Shown: one piece after another, positions 40,389 through 50,587 of the stretch
Layout of the letters: each line of letters opens with the position of its first letter
Numbering within the stretch: the first letter of the stretch is position 1
DNA from: Vulcanimicrobiota bacterium
GTDB taxonomy: Bacteria; Vulcanimicrobiota; Vulcanimicrobiia; Vulcanimicrobiales; Vulcanimicrobiaceae
NCBI GenBank assembly: GCA_963786105.1
Contig: CAWAXX010000013.1
Coordinates: forward strand, 64,001 to 128,000
Reading direction: 5' to 3'
DNA length: 64,000 nt
Program-made: the position numbers and the translations under genes
The notes under the pieces: model-generated
The model's database searches: none
Told to the model about the DNA's origin: nothing
The model's input: only the letters and a program-made list of their open reading frames with translations

Positions 40389-40753
40389 GAACGACTACCT
40401 TTCGTTTCTTACATTATTCGTGCAATTTTTTCGAACGCGTGTGCGGGCGCCTTCCGGAGGCTTGCTTGTACCGTTTTTGCGTGACGCCTGGCGTAAATGC
40501 CTCTAGAAGTCCGTAGGAGCGCCGCAGCCCGGCCACGGGGGGCGACCATCCCCGGCAGAGAGCGGCAGCCAAGCGCTCGCTAGCCTCTCTGCCATTCTCG
40601 ACTTCCGCCAAACATGAGTTTGCGCCGGGCGCGAACGGCAACGGCAGCGCGAGCAACGGACCGCTGCTTACGCTCGCGTGCGCTAGCGTCGCTTGCAAAC
40701 GTGTGACGCTTTGCTCGTGAATTCGAGGACGAGCGGCGGCACTTGTTGAAACG

Positions 40754-41527
40754 ATGGTTTACATGAAGCCTTTTAAGCTGGGCGTGTTTTGTATTGCCTT
40801 TTTCGTATTGCTGACGGCGCAAACGCCTGCGCCGCAGACACCTGCGCCGCAGGCATCACCATCTTCGGCGAAACCTTTTCGCCATCTGGAGTACGCGCTA
40901 CAGGTCGAGTACGTAACCAACGGTGAGGGGCACGGCAGTGGTATGAGCGATGGTGGGGAAGGCGGCAACGGCTCGGGCGTCGGTTCGCTGTTGGGCGCCG
41001 GCGGCCGCCGAGGTACGATCGACGTCGACATGGTCGGATTCACCAATGATGGTGCGTTGATCATGATCGTCAATGAAATGCTTGAGTCTGCACCGCGGCC
41101 CGGCGAGCGCTTCACGTGCAGCGTCTACGGCGACGGCCACGTGATGTGCCCAAAGGCCGATGGCCCTTTGAGCGACGCCGAGAATCTTCTGCTCAGCTTC
41201 CTCGGGCGCGGGTTTATCGATCCAAGCGTCTCTGCGACGAACAACCACTGGCAACGGAACTACGAGGGAAAGGAAGTCACCGTCGTTACCGATTACACGG
41301 TGACCGACGCGGGCAGCGGAGGTTCCATGAAGATTGCGAAACATTCGAAAATCACGTCGCGCACGCAAACCGTTGGCAATAGCGTGGAAGACGGTCAAAT
41401 TGTCTACGACCGGACGCTCTCGGTACCCGATGTCATTCACGACTCGGTATATGAAACTCAGGGAAGCGCTTCGCTCCAGTCGACGTTCGATCTGAAGCTC
41501 GCTACGGATTCTTTCGCCAAACAGTAA
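40754..41527 (+). CDS. Secreted hypothetical protein, distant paralog of 39657-40388
   Basis: Signal peptide; shared motifs RHLxY, GTxxxD, DGxL, RP, TCxVxxxGxVxC. Confidence 0.75.
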   Translation: MVYMKPFKLGVFCIAFFVLLTAQTPAPQTPAPQASPSSAKPFRHLEYALQVEYVTNGEGHGSGMSDGGEGGNGSGVGSLLGAGGRRGTIDVDMVGFTNDGALIMIVNEMLESAPRPGERFTCSVYGDGHVMCPKADGPLSDAENLLLSFLGRGFIDPSVSATNNHWQRNYEGKEVTVVTDYTVTDAGSGGSMKIAKHSKITSRTQTVGNSVEDGQIVYDRTLSVPDVIHDSVYETQGSASLQSTFDLKLATDSFAKQ

Positions 41528-41563
41528 TTTCTGACGGGTCGAAAAGGTTACGGCTGAACCCGT

Positions 41564-42508
41564 GTGAATGGTTCGCAGATGCCGTGGAACGTTCGATTCG
41601 TGACTTTGGTGCTATCTTCGCTTTTGATAGCGTTCGGGCCGATCGCGACGGCTCGGCAGTTCACCCACGTTCCGAATTCGCATCGCCCGGCGACCAACGA
41701 CGAGCCGTTCCCGTCACCCGACGGCCGAGAAGTCGTCATTGAGTCGAATCGCACCGGAAAGCAACAGCTGTACGTCGTTTCGTCGTCGTCCGGGCAGCTC
41801 GTGCGCAGACTTACGTACGATGACGCGGCGGACGATACGCCAACATGGTCCCACGACGGTAAGAGGATCGCTTACGTGGCCATTCGCGGCGATCGCTCGG
41901 CGATTTACGTTGTGGACGCCGATGGGCGTCATCCGCGCGCGCTGACCTCGGATGGCCGCCTCGACTATCTGCATCCAACGTGGTCGCCCGACGACCGACT
42001 CATCATGTACGACGTGAATTCGTTAACCCGGAAATCGGTCTACGAGCTGTGGACGATGCACTCGCCCGACGGTGCGGGAGCTCGCGCGGTCACCCACAAT
42101 AATGCGAGCGAGACGACATACGGTTCGTGGTCCCCGGACGGCGCTCGAATCGCGTACCGCCGCAAACTCGCGCCGCATCGCTCGCAGGTCTTCGTAGCAA
42201 ATGCCGACGGGTCGCACCCGCGAAATCTCTCGAACAACGCCGCGTACGACGGCTGGCCGTCGTGGTCGCCGGATGGCCGCAGCATCGCGTTCAGCTCGAA
42301 CCGTCTGGAACCGAGCTCGGCGTCGCCCAACGAAGAGGTCTTCGTAATGTCGTCCGACGGCACCGGCGTCCGCCTCGTTTCGAGGACCGGTGCACGCAAC
42401 ACCGAACCTCGCTTTACCCCGGACGGACGATCGATCTACTTCAGCCACTGCGCTCGTTACGCGTGCGAAGCGTACAAAGGTACGCTAGGTAACGCTCCGC
42501 CTACGTAA
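41564..42508 (+). CDS. TolB-like PD40-repeat beta-propeller protein
   Basis: Repeated PxWSPDG motifs; signal peptide. Confidence 0.88.
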   Translation: MNGSQMPWNVRFVTLVLSSLLIAFGPIATARQFTHVPNSHRPATNDEPFPSPDGREVVIESNRTGKQQLYVVSSSSGQLVRRLTYDDAADDTPTWSHDGKRIAYVAIRGDRSAIYVVDADGRHPRALTSDGRLDYLHPTWSPDDRLIMYDVNSLTRKSVYELWTMHSPDGAGARAVTHNNASETTYGSWSPDGARIAYRRKLAPHRSQVFVANADGSHPRNLSNNAAYDGWPSWSPDGRSIAFSSNRLEPSSASPNEEVFVMSSDGTGVRLVSRTGARNTEPRFTPDGRSIYFSHCARYACEAYKGTLGNAPPT

Positions 42509-42556
42509 GCCGGCGCAACGAAACGACCCCCTACGAGTTTGATATGGGGAGGTACC

Positions 42557-42715
42557 ATGGAATCCACCGGAGACGTCATCATCAAAGTCGACAGAGTGGC
42601 TGAAAAAGCGCGTCTCATCGCCAAAGGCTGCACGCTCGTAGAGGAAGACCCGACGCTTCCGCGCCTTTACCTACGCAATCCGTACGGGTTGGTGTTCAAC
42701 ATTACTCGAGCGTGA
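42557..42715 (+). pseudogene. Internally deleted VOC/glyoxalase-family gene (52 aa)
   Basis: SD GGAGGT; MESTGDVIIKV fused to C-terminal AKGCTLVEEDPTLPRLYLRNPYGLVFNI. Confidence 0.55.
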
Positions 42716-42747
42716 CGTTCGCGAGTGCTGGGCCGCGTCGTCGGACG

Positions 42748-44226
42748 TCAATCGTAGTGTTTTAGAAGCGGCCAAAGGGTCTGCAAATTCGGTCTGATCC
42801 CGGTGCACAAGTAGATCGGGATGCCATCTTCGTCCGGCATGCCCATGGGGTTTGCGTACGTTGCAAGCAGTCGAACCGAACTGCAACGCTTACGGAGCAC
42901 GGCGGCATTGCCGTTGATTCGCATGACGACCGCACCGTCATACCCGCGCGGGCCCCAGAGAAAGTACTGGTTGTGACCGCTGAGCGCCGGCGGCAAACCA
43001 TATGGCGCTCCAAAAAAATCGATCGCCGCAGCCTCACCGTAGTTGCTGGTGAGGATTGCCGTGTGCGATCGCTCTTCGACCGGCAGGCCGTCGTACGCAG
43101 CGGCAACCGTCCGGGCCAACCCCGGCCAACCGTGCATGTCCGCGTATTCTTGCGGCAAGCTCCCCACCTTTCGATGTTCGCTCGACGGCACGTCGAGGTG
43201 GAGGAAACGGGTGTAGCCGATGTAGCTTTCCGCGGGAAGAATGGGAAGATAAAGCGGAAGTGTAATCAAGCCGGTAACTACTGCCCCCGCCACGATGGCC
43301 CTTCGCATAACGATCGTGCGCGCGATCCACTCTTCGACGGCGACGCTGCCGAGAGCGAACAGCGACGAATAGATCGGCTCCGCGTAGTAGTCTTTGCCGT
43401 GCAGGGCGATCAACACGGAAACGAGCAGGACGTATGTCCAAAAAAGCCAGCGTAGTTCTCGTCGAACGGCCGCAAACACCAGCCCACAGACCCAGACGAG
43501 TGAGAGTACGACGTTGTTATTCACGAGTTGGCGCTCGATAAACTCGATCGGAGTGAGCACGACGTTCTTGCCGGCTGCGTCGTTACGAAGAAGCTCGATC
43601 ATCGGGAACCCGTGCAGAGCCTGCCACGTTACGTTGGGAAGCGCGAGCACGGCGGCGATTGCACAGCCGTAGAGAAACCACCGGCTTTTCAAAATCGCGC
43701 GCTCGGGACCCAACGCCAGTCCGCCGAACAGCGCGGCCAAAACGTAGACGACGCTGTATTTCGTTTCGGCCCAGACGCCGGCGGCGGCCCCCGCGAACAG
43801 CCATAAGCGCAGGTCGCCGCCTTTGACCATCCGCAGAACTAAGAGGACGATCAGTGGCGACAGCAAGCCGGTGGGCGTGTCGGTGCTCAGTGCGACCGAG
43901 GCCGTTCCGAGCATGACGCATATTCCGGCGAGAAGTTGTGCAAAACGCCGGCCGCCCAGGTCGATGACCGTCAAGCATGCGACGTAAACCGTGCCTCCCG
44001 CAAAGAGTGCGGAAACCGCGCGGATCGCTACCAGCGACGGACCGAAGAGCTGAGATAACGCTGCAAGCAATGGAACGACGGGTGGCTGATCGACGTATCC
44101 CCAGGCCGGGTGCCGTCCGGAAACGATAAAATACAGTTCGTCGCGAAAGAAACCGTAGTGCGGTTCGCCGAGTACGTGAAGTGCGAACGTGACGGCGGCC
44201 AGAACCCAGGGAAGGCGCGACCTCAC
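42748..44226 (-). CDS. GT-C glycosyltransferase (family 39/83, ArnT/PMT-like)
   Basis: YGFFRDELYF, WGYVDQPP, TKYS, multiple TM, NYGEAAAID, SGHNQYFLWGP. Confidence 0.88.
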   Translation of the reverse strand: MRSRLPWVLAAVTFALHVLGEPHYGFFRDELYFIVSGRHPAWGYVDQPPVVPLLAALSQLFGPSLVAIRAVSALFAGGTVYVACLTVIDLGGRRFAQLLAGICVMLGTASVALSTDTPTGLLSPLIVLLVLRMVKGGDLRLWLFAGAAAGVWAETKYSVVYVLAALFGGLALGPERAILKSRWFLYGCAIAAVLALPNVTWQALHGFPMIELLRNDAAGKNVVLTPIEFIERQLVNNNVVLSLVWVCGLVFAAVRRELRWLFWTYVLLVSVLIALHGKDYYAEPIYSSLFALGSVAVEEWIARTIVMRRAIVAGAVVTGLITLPLYLPILPAESYIGYTRFLHLDVPSSEHRKVGSLPQEYADMHGWPGLARTVAAAYDGLPVEERSHTAILTSNYGEAAAIDFFGAPYGLPPALSGHNQYFLWGPRGYDGAVVMRINGNAAVLRKRCSSVRLLATYANPMGMPDEDGIPIYLCTGIRPNLQTLWPLLKHYD

Positions 44227-46781
44227 TGACGTAGAGCGTTGGCCGGCCGGCCCTGAGCCGTATCGCGGCGGCGCTGCACGTAATCGCGCACGCTATCCGA
44301 CAGCAGACGCTGATCCGCCGCGTCCGGCGCGTCGAAGTTCGCATGTTGCAACGCGGCGGCGTAGGTGCGCGCTTGGCCCGAAAGCGCTTGCGGCCGCGCG
44401 TTGAGGCGATCGAGCGCGATGGCGCTGGGCAGCGCAACGTACGGCCGAAGAGCGGCGGTGCTCAGAGCGAACGGTTCGACGATCGTATTCGCGTTCGCGT
44501 CAAACTGAGTGAGTGGGCGTAGCCCGAGAATGAGTTCGATCGTCTTCAAAATGCTCGTCTGGTTGTAAAAGCGTGACGACACGAGATGTGGTCGGCTATG
44601 CGCGCTGATTACCAGCGCCATGGTGCGATGTCCGTCGACGTGATCGAGCCCGTTTTGAGCGTCGTCTTCGACCACGAAGATCGCCGTATCCGCCCAGTAG
44701 CGCGAATGCGAGACGGCGTCGACGATGCGGCCCAGCGCGAGGTCGTTGTCGGCGACGGCGCTGTCGGGAACCGGATATCCCGCGGCCGTTCCCGCCGTGT
44801 GGTCGTTTCCGAGTTGCATTAAAATGAGGCTCGGCAGCTGGCCCGTTCGCTGGAATCCACGAAACTCGCGCAAGAACTCGTCGGCGCGCGCCTGATCGGA
44901 GATTCGCAGGGTGAATCCGGGATACGCCGGGTCGACGTATTTCGCCAGCGCCTCGATGCCCACGTCGTTCTTGAAGCTGACCGTATGCGTTCCCAGAGCG
45001 CGATCGCGATAGAACTGCGACCAGGTGGCGTTGTGCGGTCTAAAGGTTGGCTCTGACGTTACGAACTCGCCGTAATCGCGAAACGTTAGACCCGCGTCGA
45101 GGACACGCTGCCAAATGAACCCCGTGGATGCAAACGCCAGCGGATCGGTTCCGTCGCTCGGATAAGTCCGGGCCCACGACGCAGTGTTGCGTTCCACGTA
45201 GTCCGTCGCCATCGCTTCGTCGGTCCACTGGTGTCCGTCCCCACTCATGGTCCCGTTGACGTAGAAGTTCGTAAACAAACCGAAGCGTTCGGCGAGCGCG
45301 TGCTGGTTGGGGGTGATGCGCCGCGGGAACGCGCACAGAGCCGGGTCGCCGTTGCCTCGCGTCAGATCACCGAAATAATCGTCGTACGTATGGTTTTCTT
45401 TGATGATGTAGATGATGTGCTTGAGCGTCGCGCGTTGACCGGCACGCGGCGCGGCCGGAACGTACGGTCCAACGAAGGCCGTCGACGACGCGGTCAACGG
45501 CTCGGACCGCGCTTGGAACTGTAGCAAACCGGAATAGTCATAAACGTTGTCGCCGGTTTTGCCAAGGGGCACGAAGCCAAGCTCCCTGCCGCGGCTTCCG
45601 ATGCCTTTGAGACTGACGACGTAGGTTGCTCCGTTCGGCGCGAATGCCACGCCGTCGGGATACCATCCGGTTGCAATCTGTGCGATTGCGGTGAGACGCT
45701 GTGAATCGAGAACCATCACGCGATTGTCGCCGCCTTCCGCAACGTAGAGATTACCGTCAACCGGCGACACGGCGATCGCGTTCGGCGACGCGCCGAAACC
45801 GGCTTGCCATGGCAAGGCGACGGTGCGGGAAGGTTCTCCGGTTGCGACATCGATGACGGCGATCGAATCGCCGTCGGCATTCGTAACGAACAGCTGCGCT
45901 CCGTCGCGCGACAAGGCCATCGCCGTAGGATGAGCGCCGACGGCGATCTGCTTGGTCTCTCTACGCGATGCCAAGTCGATTACCGACACGCTCCCCGGCT
46001 CTGCAATTCCGGTGCGCGGGTCCACACGAATGCGCGTGCCGCCCGAATCGGCGCTCGTATCGGTATGCGCGGGTTGGGCGCCGCCCATGTTGGAAACGTA
46101 GAGCTTATCGCCGGCCGTCACGACCGCGAAGGGCGCCGCTCCGACCGGAACGGTATATCGAATCGCGCGCGTCGCCGTATCGACCGCCGCGACCGCGTTG
46201 TTGCGGCTCAGAGCAACGAAGACGGTTTTTCCGTCGTCGCTCAACGCGACGCCGGTCGGAACCGAAACATCGAGTTCGTGCGTCGTCGCCGATCGAAACG
46301 CGCCTGAAGGTCCGGGAAGCTGCACGTCCGGGTCCCAAGCGAAGGTTCCGTCTTTCGTTCGGCTCGCCGATCGCAGCAGCCCAAACCCATCGGCCGACCA
46401 CACCGTCGTTCCGTTGCGATTCCAAACGATGCCGGTCAAGCCGTTCCCGCCGAGATTGAGCGGGTATTGCATAGGTTCGCGCGGCAAGCGCAAATTCTGT
46501 ACGATCCGCGTGGCATTGCGGTCGACGAAGAGAATCCCATGCGAGTTCTTGATGGCGACGGTGCCGTCGGGGGAAACGGCAACGTCGAGCGGGCGGCCGA
46601 AGAAGTGCAACTGCGTTCCCGTCGGAGCGAGCCGCTGTCCGGTCGGCACGAGCGCTCGTCCGACGCGGACGCCGGGATTGCTCGCACCGAGTGACGTCAG
46701 TTGAAGCAGCGCGGCGAACGCAACGCAAATCGCGATCAATCGCAACGCACCTGAGGTGCGCCGGAGATCATTGAGATTCAT
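44223..46781 (-). CDS. YVTN beta-propeller / alkaline phosphatase-superfamily phosphoesterase fusion
   Basis: N-terminal YVTN repeats; KHIIYIIKENHTYDDYFGD, NDHTAG, DNDLALGRIV, EDDAQNGLDHVDGHR. Confidence 0.9.
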   Translation of the reverse strand: MNLNDLRRTSGALRLIAICVAFAALLQLTSLGASNPGVRVGRALVPTGQRLAPTGTQLHFFGRPLDVAVSPDGTVAIKNSHGILFVDRNATRIVQNLRLPREPMQYPLNLGGNGLTGIVWNRNGTTVWSADGFGLLRSASRTKDGTFAWDPDVQLPGPSGAFRSATTHELDVSVPTGVALSDDGKTVFVALSRNNAVAAVDTATRAIRYTVPVGAAPFAVVTAGDKLYVSNMGGAQPAHTDTSADSGGTRIRVDPRTGIAEPGSVSVIDLASRRETKQIAVGAHPTAMALSRDGAQLFVTNADGDSIAVIDVATGEPSRTVALPWQAGFGASPNAIAVSPVDGNLYVAEGGDNRVMVLDSQRLTAIAQIATGWYPDGVAFAPNGATYVVSLKGIGSRGRELGFVPLGKTGDNVYDYSGLLQFQARSEPLTASSTAFVGPYVPAAPRAGQRATLKHIIYIIKENHTYDDYFGDLTRGNGDPALCAFPRRITPNQHALAERFGLFTNFYVNGTMSGDGHQWTDEAMATDYVERNTASWARTYPSDGTDPLAFASTGFIWQRVLDAGLTFRDYGEFVTSEPTFRPHNATWSQFYRDRALGTHTVSFKNDVGIEALAKYVDPAYPGFTLRISDQARADEFLREFRGFQRTGQLPSLILMQLGNDHTAGTAAGYPVPDSAVADNDLALGRIVDAVSHSRYWADTAIFVVEDDAQNGLDHVDGHRTMALVISAHSRPHLVSSRFYNQTSILKTIELILGLRPLTQFDANANTIVEPFALSTAALRPYVALPSAIALDRLNARPQALSGQARTYAAALQHANFDAPDAADQRLLSDSVRDYVQRRRDTAQGRPANALRQ

Positions 46782-46947
46782 GTAAACACGTTTGCGCTTC
46801 GCGCGTCATATCAAATCCTAACGCGACAATAACGCGGAAATGCTCAGTCTTTCCTTTCACCGGCATTCCCGGCGGCGTGGACCCGCAGGCCCAGCCGCCC
46901 GCTGGACGCCGGCTCACCCATGTCACTTTGCTGGCGCAATGTGACAT

Positions 46948-46982
46948 AAGAAAAACCCCGCCAGTTGCTTGGCGGGGTTCTT
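46948..46982 (-). terminator. Intrinsic terminator after acid phosphatase gene
   Basis: AACCCCGCCA/TGGCGGGGTT stem with T tract on minus strand. Confidence 0.85.
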
Positions 46983-47011
46983 GCGGTCGAGCGATTCACT
47001 ACTGACTGAAG

Positions 47012-48430
47012 CTACTGACTGAAGTTGAAGGCGTTCGAGAATGGATCCGCGTTCGCGTCGCGGCTCCGTAGTGGTCTGAGGTTAAAGCGGTGCTCGATGA
47101 GCGCGAGAATGGAAGCGGTTTCGTACTGCGTGTGATCGACGAAGTGCCGCTTGGCAAAGGGAGATACGATGATGGCCGGGACGCGGGTTCCGGGGCCCCA
47201 GCGATCGATCGAGGGCGGCGCTATGTGATCCCGGCGGCCGCCGTTTTCGTCGTACGTGACGATGATGACGGTGCTCTTCCAGTAGGGCGTTCCGCGCAAC
47301 TCGTTGATGAGTTCGGCCGTCGCCGTTTGACCGCGCAACAGCGAGCTATAGCCTGGATGTTCGTTGTCTTCGCCGATTTGTTTGATGAACACCACCGACG
47401 GCAGTTTTCCGGCGGTAAGATCCTTCTTGAAATTCTTTAAGTCGGCCAGATGCTCGGCGCGAAGTTGCGTACCGTCACCGTAGTTCTGATAGTACGCGAA
47501 GGGCTGATGGTGGAACTGAAAGAGCGGGTTAGGATTCCCGGCGATTGCGTCATCCCAACCGCCCGAATACCACTTCCAGCTAACCCGGGCCGCATTGAGC
47601 CGATCGCCGATCGTCGCATTGGTCAACGGCGGAACGAGGTCCTCAGACGGAATGCCTGACGGATGCGGCTGGTACGTCGCGTAGGACGTATTGACGACGT
47701 GGCCGTCGGGCGTCACGTGATTGTCGTTCAGCTTTGCCGGATTCTTGCTCGGCACGGAAATGTAGCTTGAGGGAGCGTTCGGCCACATCGGTGCGCAAGC
47801 GCAAATCAGAAACTGATGGTTTAGAAACGATCCGCCGAAGGCGCTGTGGAAGTAGTTGTCCGCCAACGTGTACTGGCTCGCAAGCTTTCCTTCGGGCAGC
47901 GGCCTGACGTCGTACTCGCTGAGAACGAGCCCGCCGTTATCGCTGTAGTCGACGAACTTATCCATCTGCCCGTTATCGATTTGATATTGCTCGTGGTAGA
48001 ACCGATGGATGATGTCGCCGGTCTTGTCGTAGTCCGGCACGTACTTGGAAGTGAGATAGGTCTGGAGCGGAATCGTCCCCGGAAAACGCTTGTCGGGATT
48101 CCCATTGCTGTCCAGCGGCTGAGGAGCGTTTTGCAAGGGCGGACCGTTCCACGCGTTCTGGGCTACGGTTATCCCCGGGCCGTAGCCGTTCGCTCCCGGA
48201 AACTTGCCGTAGAGGGAGTCGAACGACCAGTTCTCTTGATAGATGACCACGATGTGCTGGATGTCGTTTAGGCTGCCGACTTTACCCGAAGCGGACATGC
48301 CGCTCGCGGCCGAGCTCGCGCCTTGCGGCGACACCGAACCCGCCGGTGAGTTGCAGGCCGACAGGCCTAATGAAATCATGATAATAGGCGCAAGGGCACG
48401 AAGCCCGCGCAGGCGCTGTAGTTTGCTCAT
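47012..48430 (-). CDS. AcpA-like acid phosphatase / phosphoesterase lipoprotein
   Basis: IQHIVVIYQENWSFDSLYG, HRFY, GGSFLNH, FQFHHQPF, TYDENGG, WGPGTRVP. Confidence 0.9.
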   Translation of the reverse strand: MSKLQRLRGLRALAPIIMISLGLSACNSPAGSVSPQGASSAASGMSASGKVGSLNDIQHIVVIYQENWSFDSLYGKFPGANGYGPGITVAQNAWNGPPLQNAPQPLDSNGNPDKRFPGTIPLQTYLTSKYVPDYDKTGDIIHRFYHEQYQIDNGQMDKFVDYSDNGGLVLSEYDVRPLPEGKLASQYTLADNYFHSAFGGSFLNHQFLICACAPMWPNAPSSYISVPSKNPAKLNDNHVTPDGHVVNTSYATYQPHPSGIPSEDLVPPLTNATIGDRLNAARVSWKWYSGGWDDAIAGNPNPLFQFHHQPFAYYQNYGDGTQLRAEHLADLKNFKKDLTAGKLPSVVFIKQIGEDNEHPGYSSLLRGQTATAELINELRGTPYWKSTVIIVTYDENGGRRDHIAPPSIDRWGPGTRVPAIIVSPFAKRHFVDHTQYETASILALIEHRFNLRPLRSRDANADPFSNAFNFSQ

Positions 48431-48516
48431 GTCGCAATTCAACCAGGCGCACAATAACTCAAGCTTAGCGGCGCCTTGTCCCTTGCTTAACAGTTCTGGT
48501 CGGTTGCGCCACGCAA

Positions 48517-48561
48517 CTTGTCATCCTGAGCGGAGCGCCGTAGGCGCGTAGTCGAAGGACG
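48517..48561 (+). repeat. REP-like palindromic element, copy 1
   Basis: CTTGTCATCCTGAGCGGAGCGCCGTAGGCGCGTAGTCGAAGGACG; 43/45 identical to 62436-62480. Confidence 0.85.
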
Positions 48562-48567
48562 CCGTCA

Positions 48568-50118
48568 TCAAATTACCCGAATCGTCGCCATCATGCCCCC
48601 GTCCTCGTGATCGAGGATGTGGCAATGAAACACGAACGTTCCGCGCACGATCGGGTTTCGGAAATCCATCAGCAGGGTGGCGCTGCCCGGGGTCGCGCTG
48701 ACGTGTGTGTAGCGCTTCGGCGGCACGGTCACCGTATCGACCCAATGAAGCGGCGCGACGGGTTTCCCGTCGATCGTTTCCACCGCAAAATGCACCTGAT
48801 GGATGTGAAAATCGTGGACTTCGTCGGTCTGATTAAGCAACGTCCAGCTTTCGATCGTGCCGGCGCGCGCGACGATCGCCGGCGGATTTTCCATTCGATA
48901 CTTCTTTCCGTTAATAAAGAAGCCGCCGGCGTTCTCGGTAAAAACGATCCGGTGCCATGCCGCCGGGGGCGGAAGGCCGGCGCCTTGTGATGCCGGAGCC
49001 CGAACGTCGCCCAGCAAACCTGGCGCCGCTACTTGCGGTGCGTTGCCGTCGGGGCGCAGATCGGCCAGCACGACCGGAGGGTCGCGATCGCCGGCGTCAC
49101 CCGTAACGTAACAGCTCGAGCGCAAAACGGTCGGTCGCGCCGCTCCGTTGACGACGAACTCGGCCCGGCCCGCCGGCGCAATAACGATGTCGCGCACTCG
49201 TTGCACGGGGGGCGCGCCTGGGAACGCATCGAGGGGTACGCCGTCGAGCGCGACCAAATCGAGCTTCTCGCCGTCGACGCTCAAGTCGAAGTACCGCCCG
49301 GCCGACGCGTTGACGACCCGAAACAGCTCGCGCTCGCCGGGGTCGATCCCGATGACGGTTCGCGGCGCACCATTGATCGTCACAGTCATGCCTGGCAACG
49401 GTGCGCAGTGCTCACCAACGGCATCGTCGTCGTCCACCGCCGTGAATCGCCCGGCGCGCCTTCGCGCCGCAAGAACGTTGGAGCGAATCGGTTCGGGTCG
49501 AGCCGCAATCGGAATCGTCGAGTAATCCGCCGGCGTCTGTATATTTCTCAAGACGATGATCCGCTCGCGTAAATCCGCGAGCGCCGGCATACGCAGCTGA
49601 AGGCCCTCGACGACCAGCGCTCCCGCCATGCCGCTGGTGATTTGCCAGTAGGTTTGACCGTGAGCGTGCGGGTGATACCAATACAGCCCCGGTGGTTGGC
49701 TGCGGGGAATCCGCACGTCGTAGGCGATCGCGCCGCCCGGCGGCGCCAGCCGCATCGCGTCGTCCGAAGGGGCTTGCGGCGAAACTTCGAGGCCGTGAAA
49801 GTGGAGGTTCACCTCGTTGGGCGCCTGCGTTCCCTTTGGCAGGTGGTTGTGAACCGTCACGCGGATTTCGTCACCGGGAGCGACGCGTATGGTCGGCGCC
49901 ACGCCGACTGCGCCCCGATACACGAACGCGGGTGCGCCGGTGGCCGGATCGATGGCCGCATCGAGATCGAACGCCACGCGACCGCCGTGCGCCCGAACCT
50001 CGGGGATCGAGGCCAACGCCCCTTCCCCCGGCGTAGTTGTGGGCGGCGGGTTGCAGCCGGCGAACAAAAGACACGACGTCAAAGCCGCGTTGACGAGCAT
50101 GATGAGCGATCGTCGCAC
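48568..50118 (-). CDS. Multicopper oxidase lipoprotein
   Basis: NLHFHG, YWYHPH, HDFHIH, HCHILDHEDGGMM. Confidence 0.95.
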   Translation of the reverse strand: MRRSLIMLVNAALTSCLLFAGCNPPPTTTPGEGALASIPEVRAHGGRVAFDLDAAIDPATGAPAFVYRGAVGVAPTIRVAPGDEIRVTVHNHLPKGTQAPNEVNLHFHGLEVSPQAPSDDAMRLAPPGGAIAYDVRIPRSQPPGLYWYHPHAHGQTYWQITSGMAGALVVEGLQLRMPALADLRERIIVLRNIQTPADYSTIPIAARPEPIRSNVLAARRRAGRFTAVDDDDAVGEHCAPLPGMTVTINGAPRTVIGIDPGERELFRVVNASAGRYFDLSVDGEKLDLVALDGVPLDAFPGAPPVQRVRDIVIAPAGRAEFVVNGAARPTVLRSSCYVTGDAGDRDPPVVLADLRPDGNAPQVAAPGLLGDVRAPASQGAGLPPPAAWHRIVFTENAGGFFINGKKYRMENPPAIVARAGTIESWTLLNQTDEVHDFHIHQVHFAVETIDGKPVAPLHWVDTVTVPPKRYTHVSATPGSATLLMDFRNPIVRGTFVFHCHILDHEDGGMMATIRVI

Positions 50119-50587
50119 GCCATGATTATGATACGGGCGCGTAGCTTCGTGGTTAAGATCGTCTTATGCGCCGATTAATTAGGCGGCTGCAGCTGGCCGA
50201 CCAGATTTTCGCCACGCGCAGCTGTCCGCGGTCCGATCTGCGGACATTACGAATGCTCTGCGTCAATCGCGGCCAGCGCCCTACGTCTGCGAACAATGGC
50301 CACACGTCTACGACGTTCTCCCTGCAATTGTGCTGATCGCGTCGACACAGGGAATCGCCTCTGCTGAGAGCGCGCCCTCCTCATTCCGAACCGGCTGCAA
50401 TACATCTTCTACATTAATACGGGCTCAGTAAATACCACCGACGCTCGCGAAAATTCGCTAGACGATGCATTTAACTAAAATTCATGCGGTCAAGCAGGCT
50501 GGACCATGATGCGGTCGAAGGGGCCGCGATGAGGTTGGGACTAGTCGTCGCGGCTTTGGTACGGTCGCGAGTGTCCGCAAGTATCTA

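Noticed and set aside
40430..40500. c-di-GMP-I riboswitch-like GCAAGCCTCCGG on minus strand
   Set aside because: Lacks the GGCAAAC P2 stem with GNRA loop and the P3 receptor
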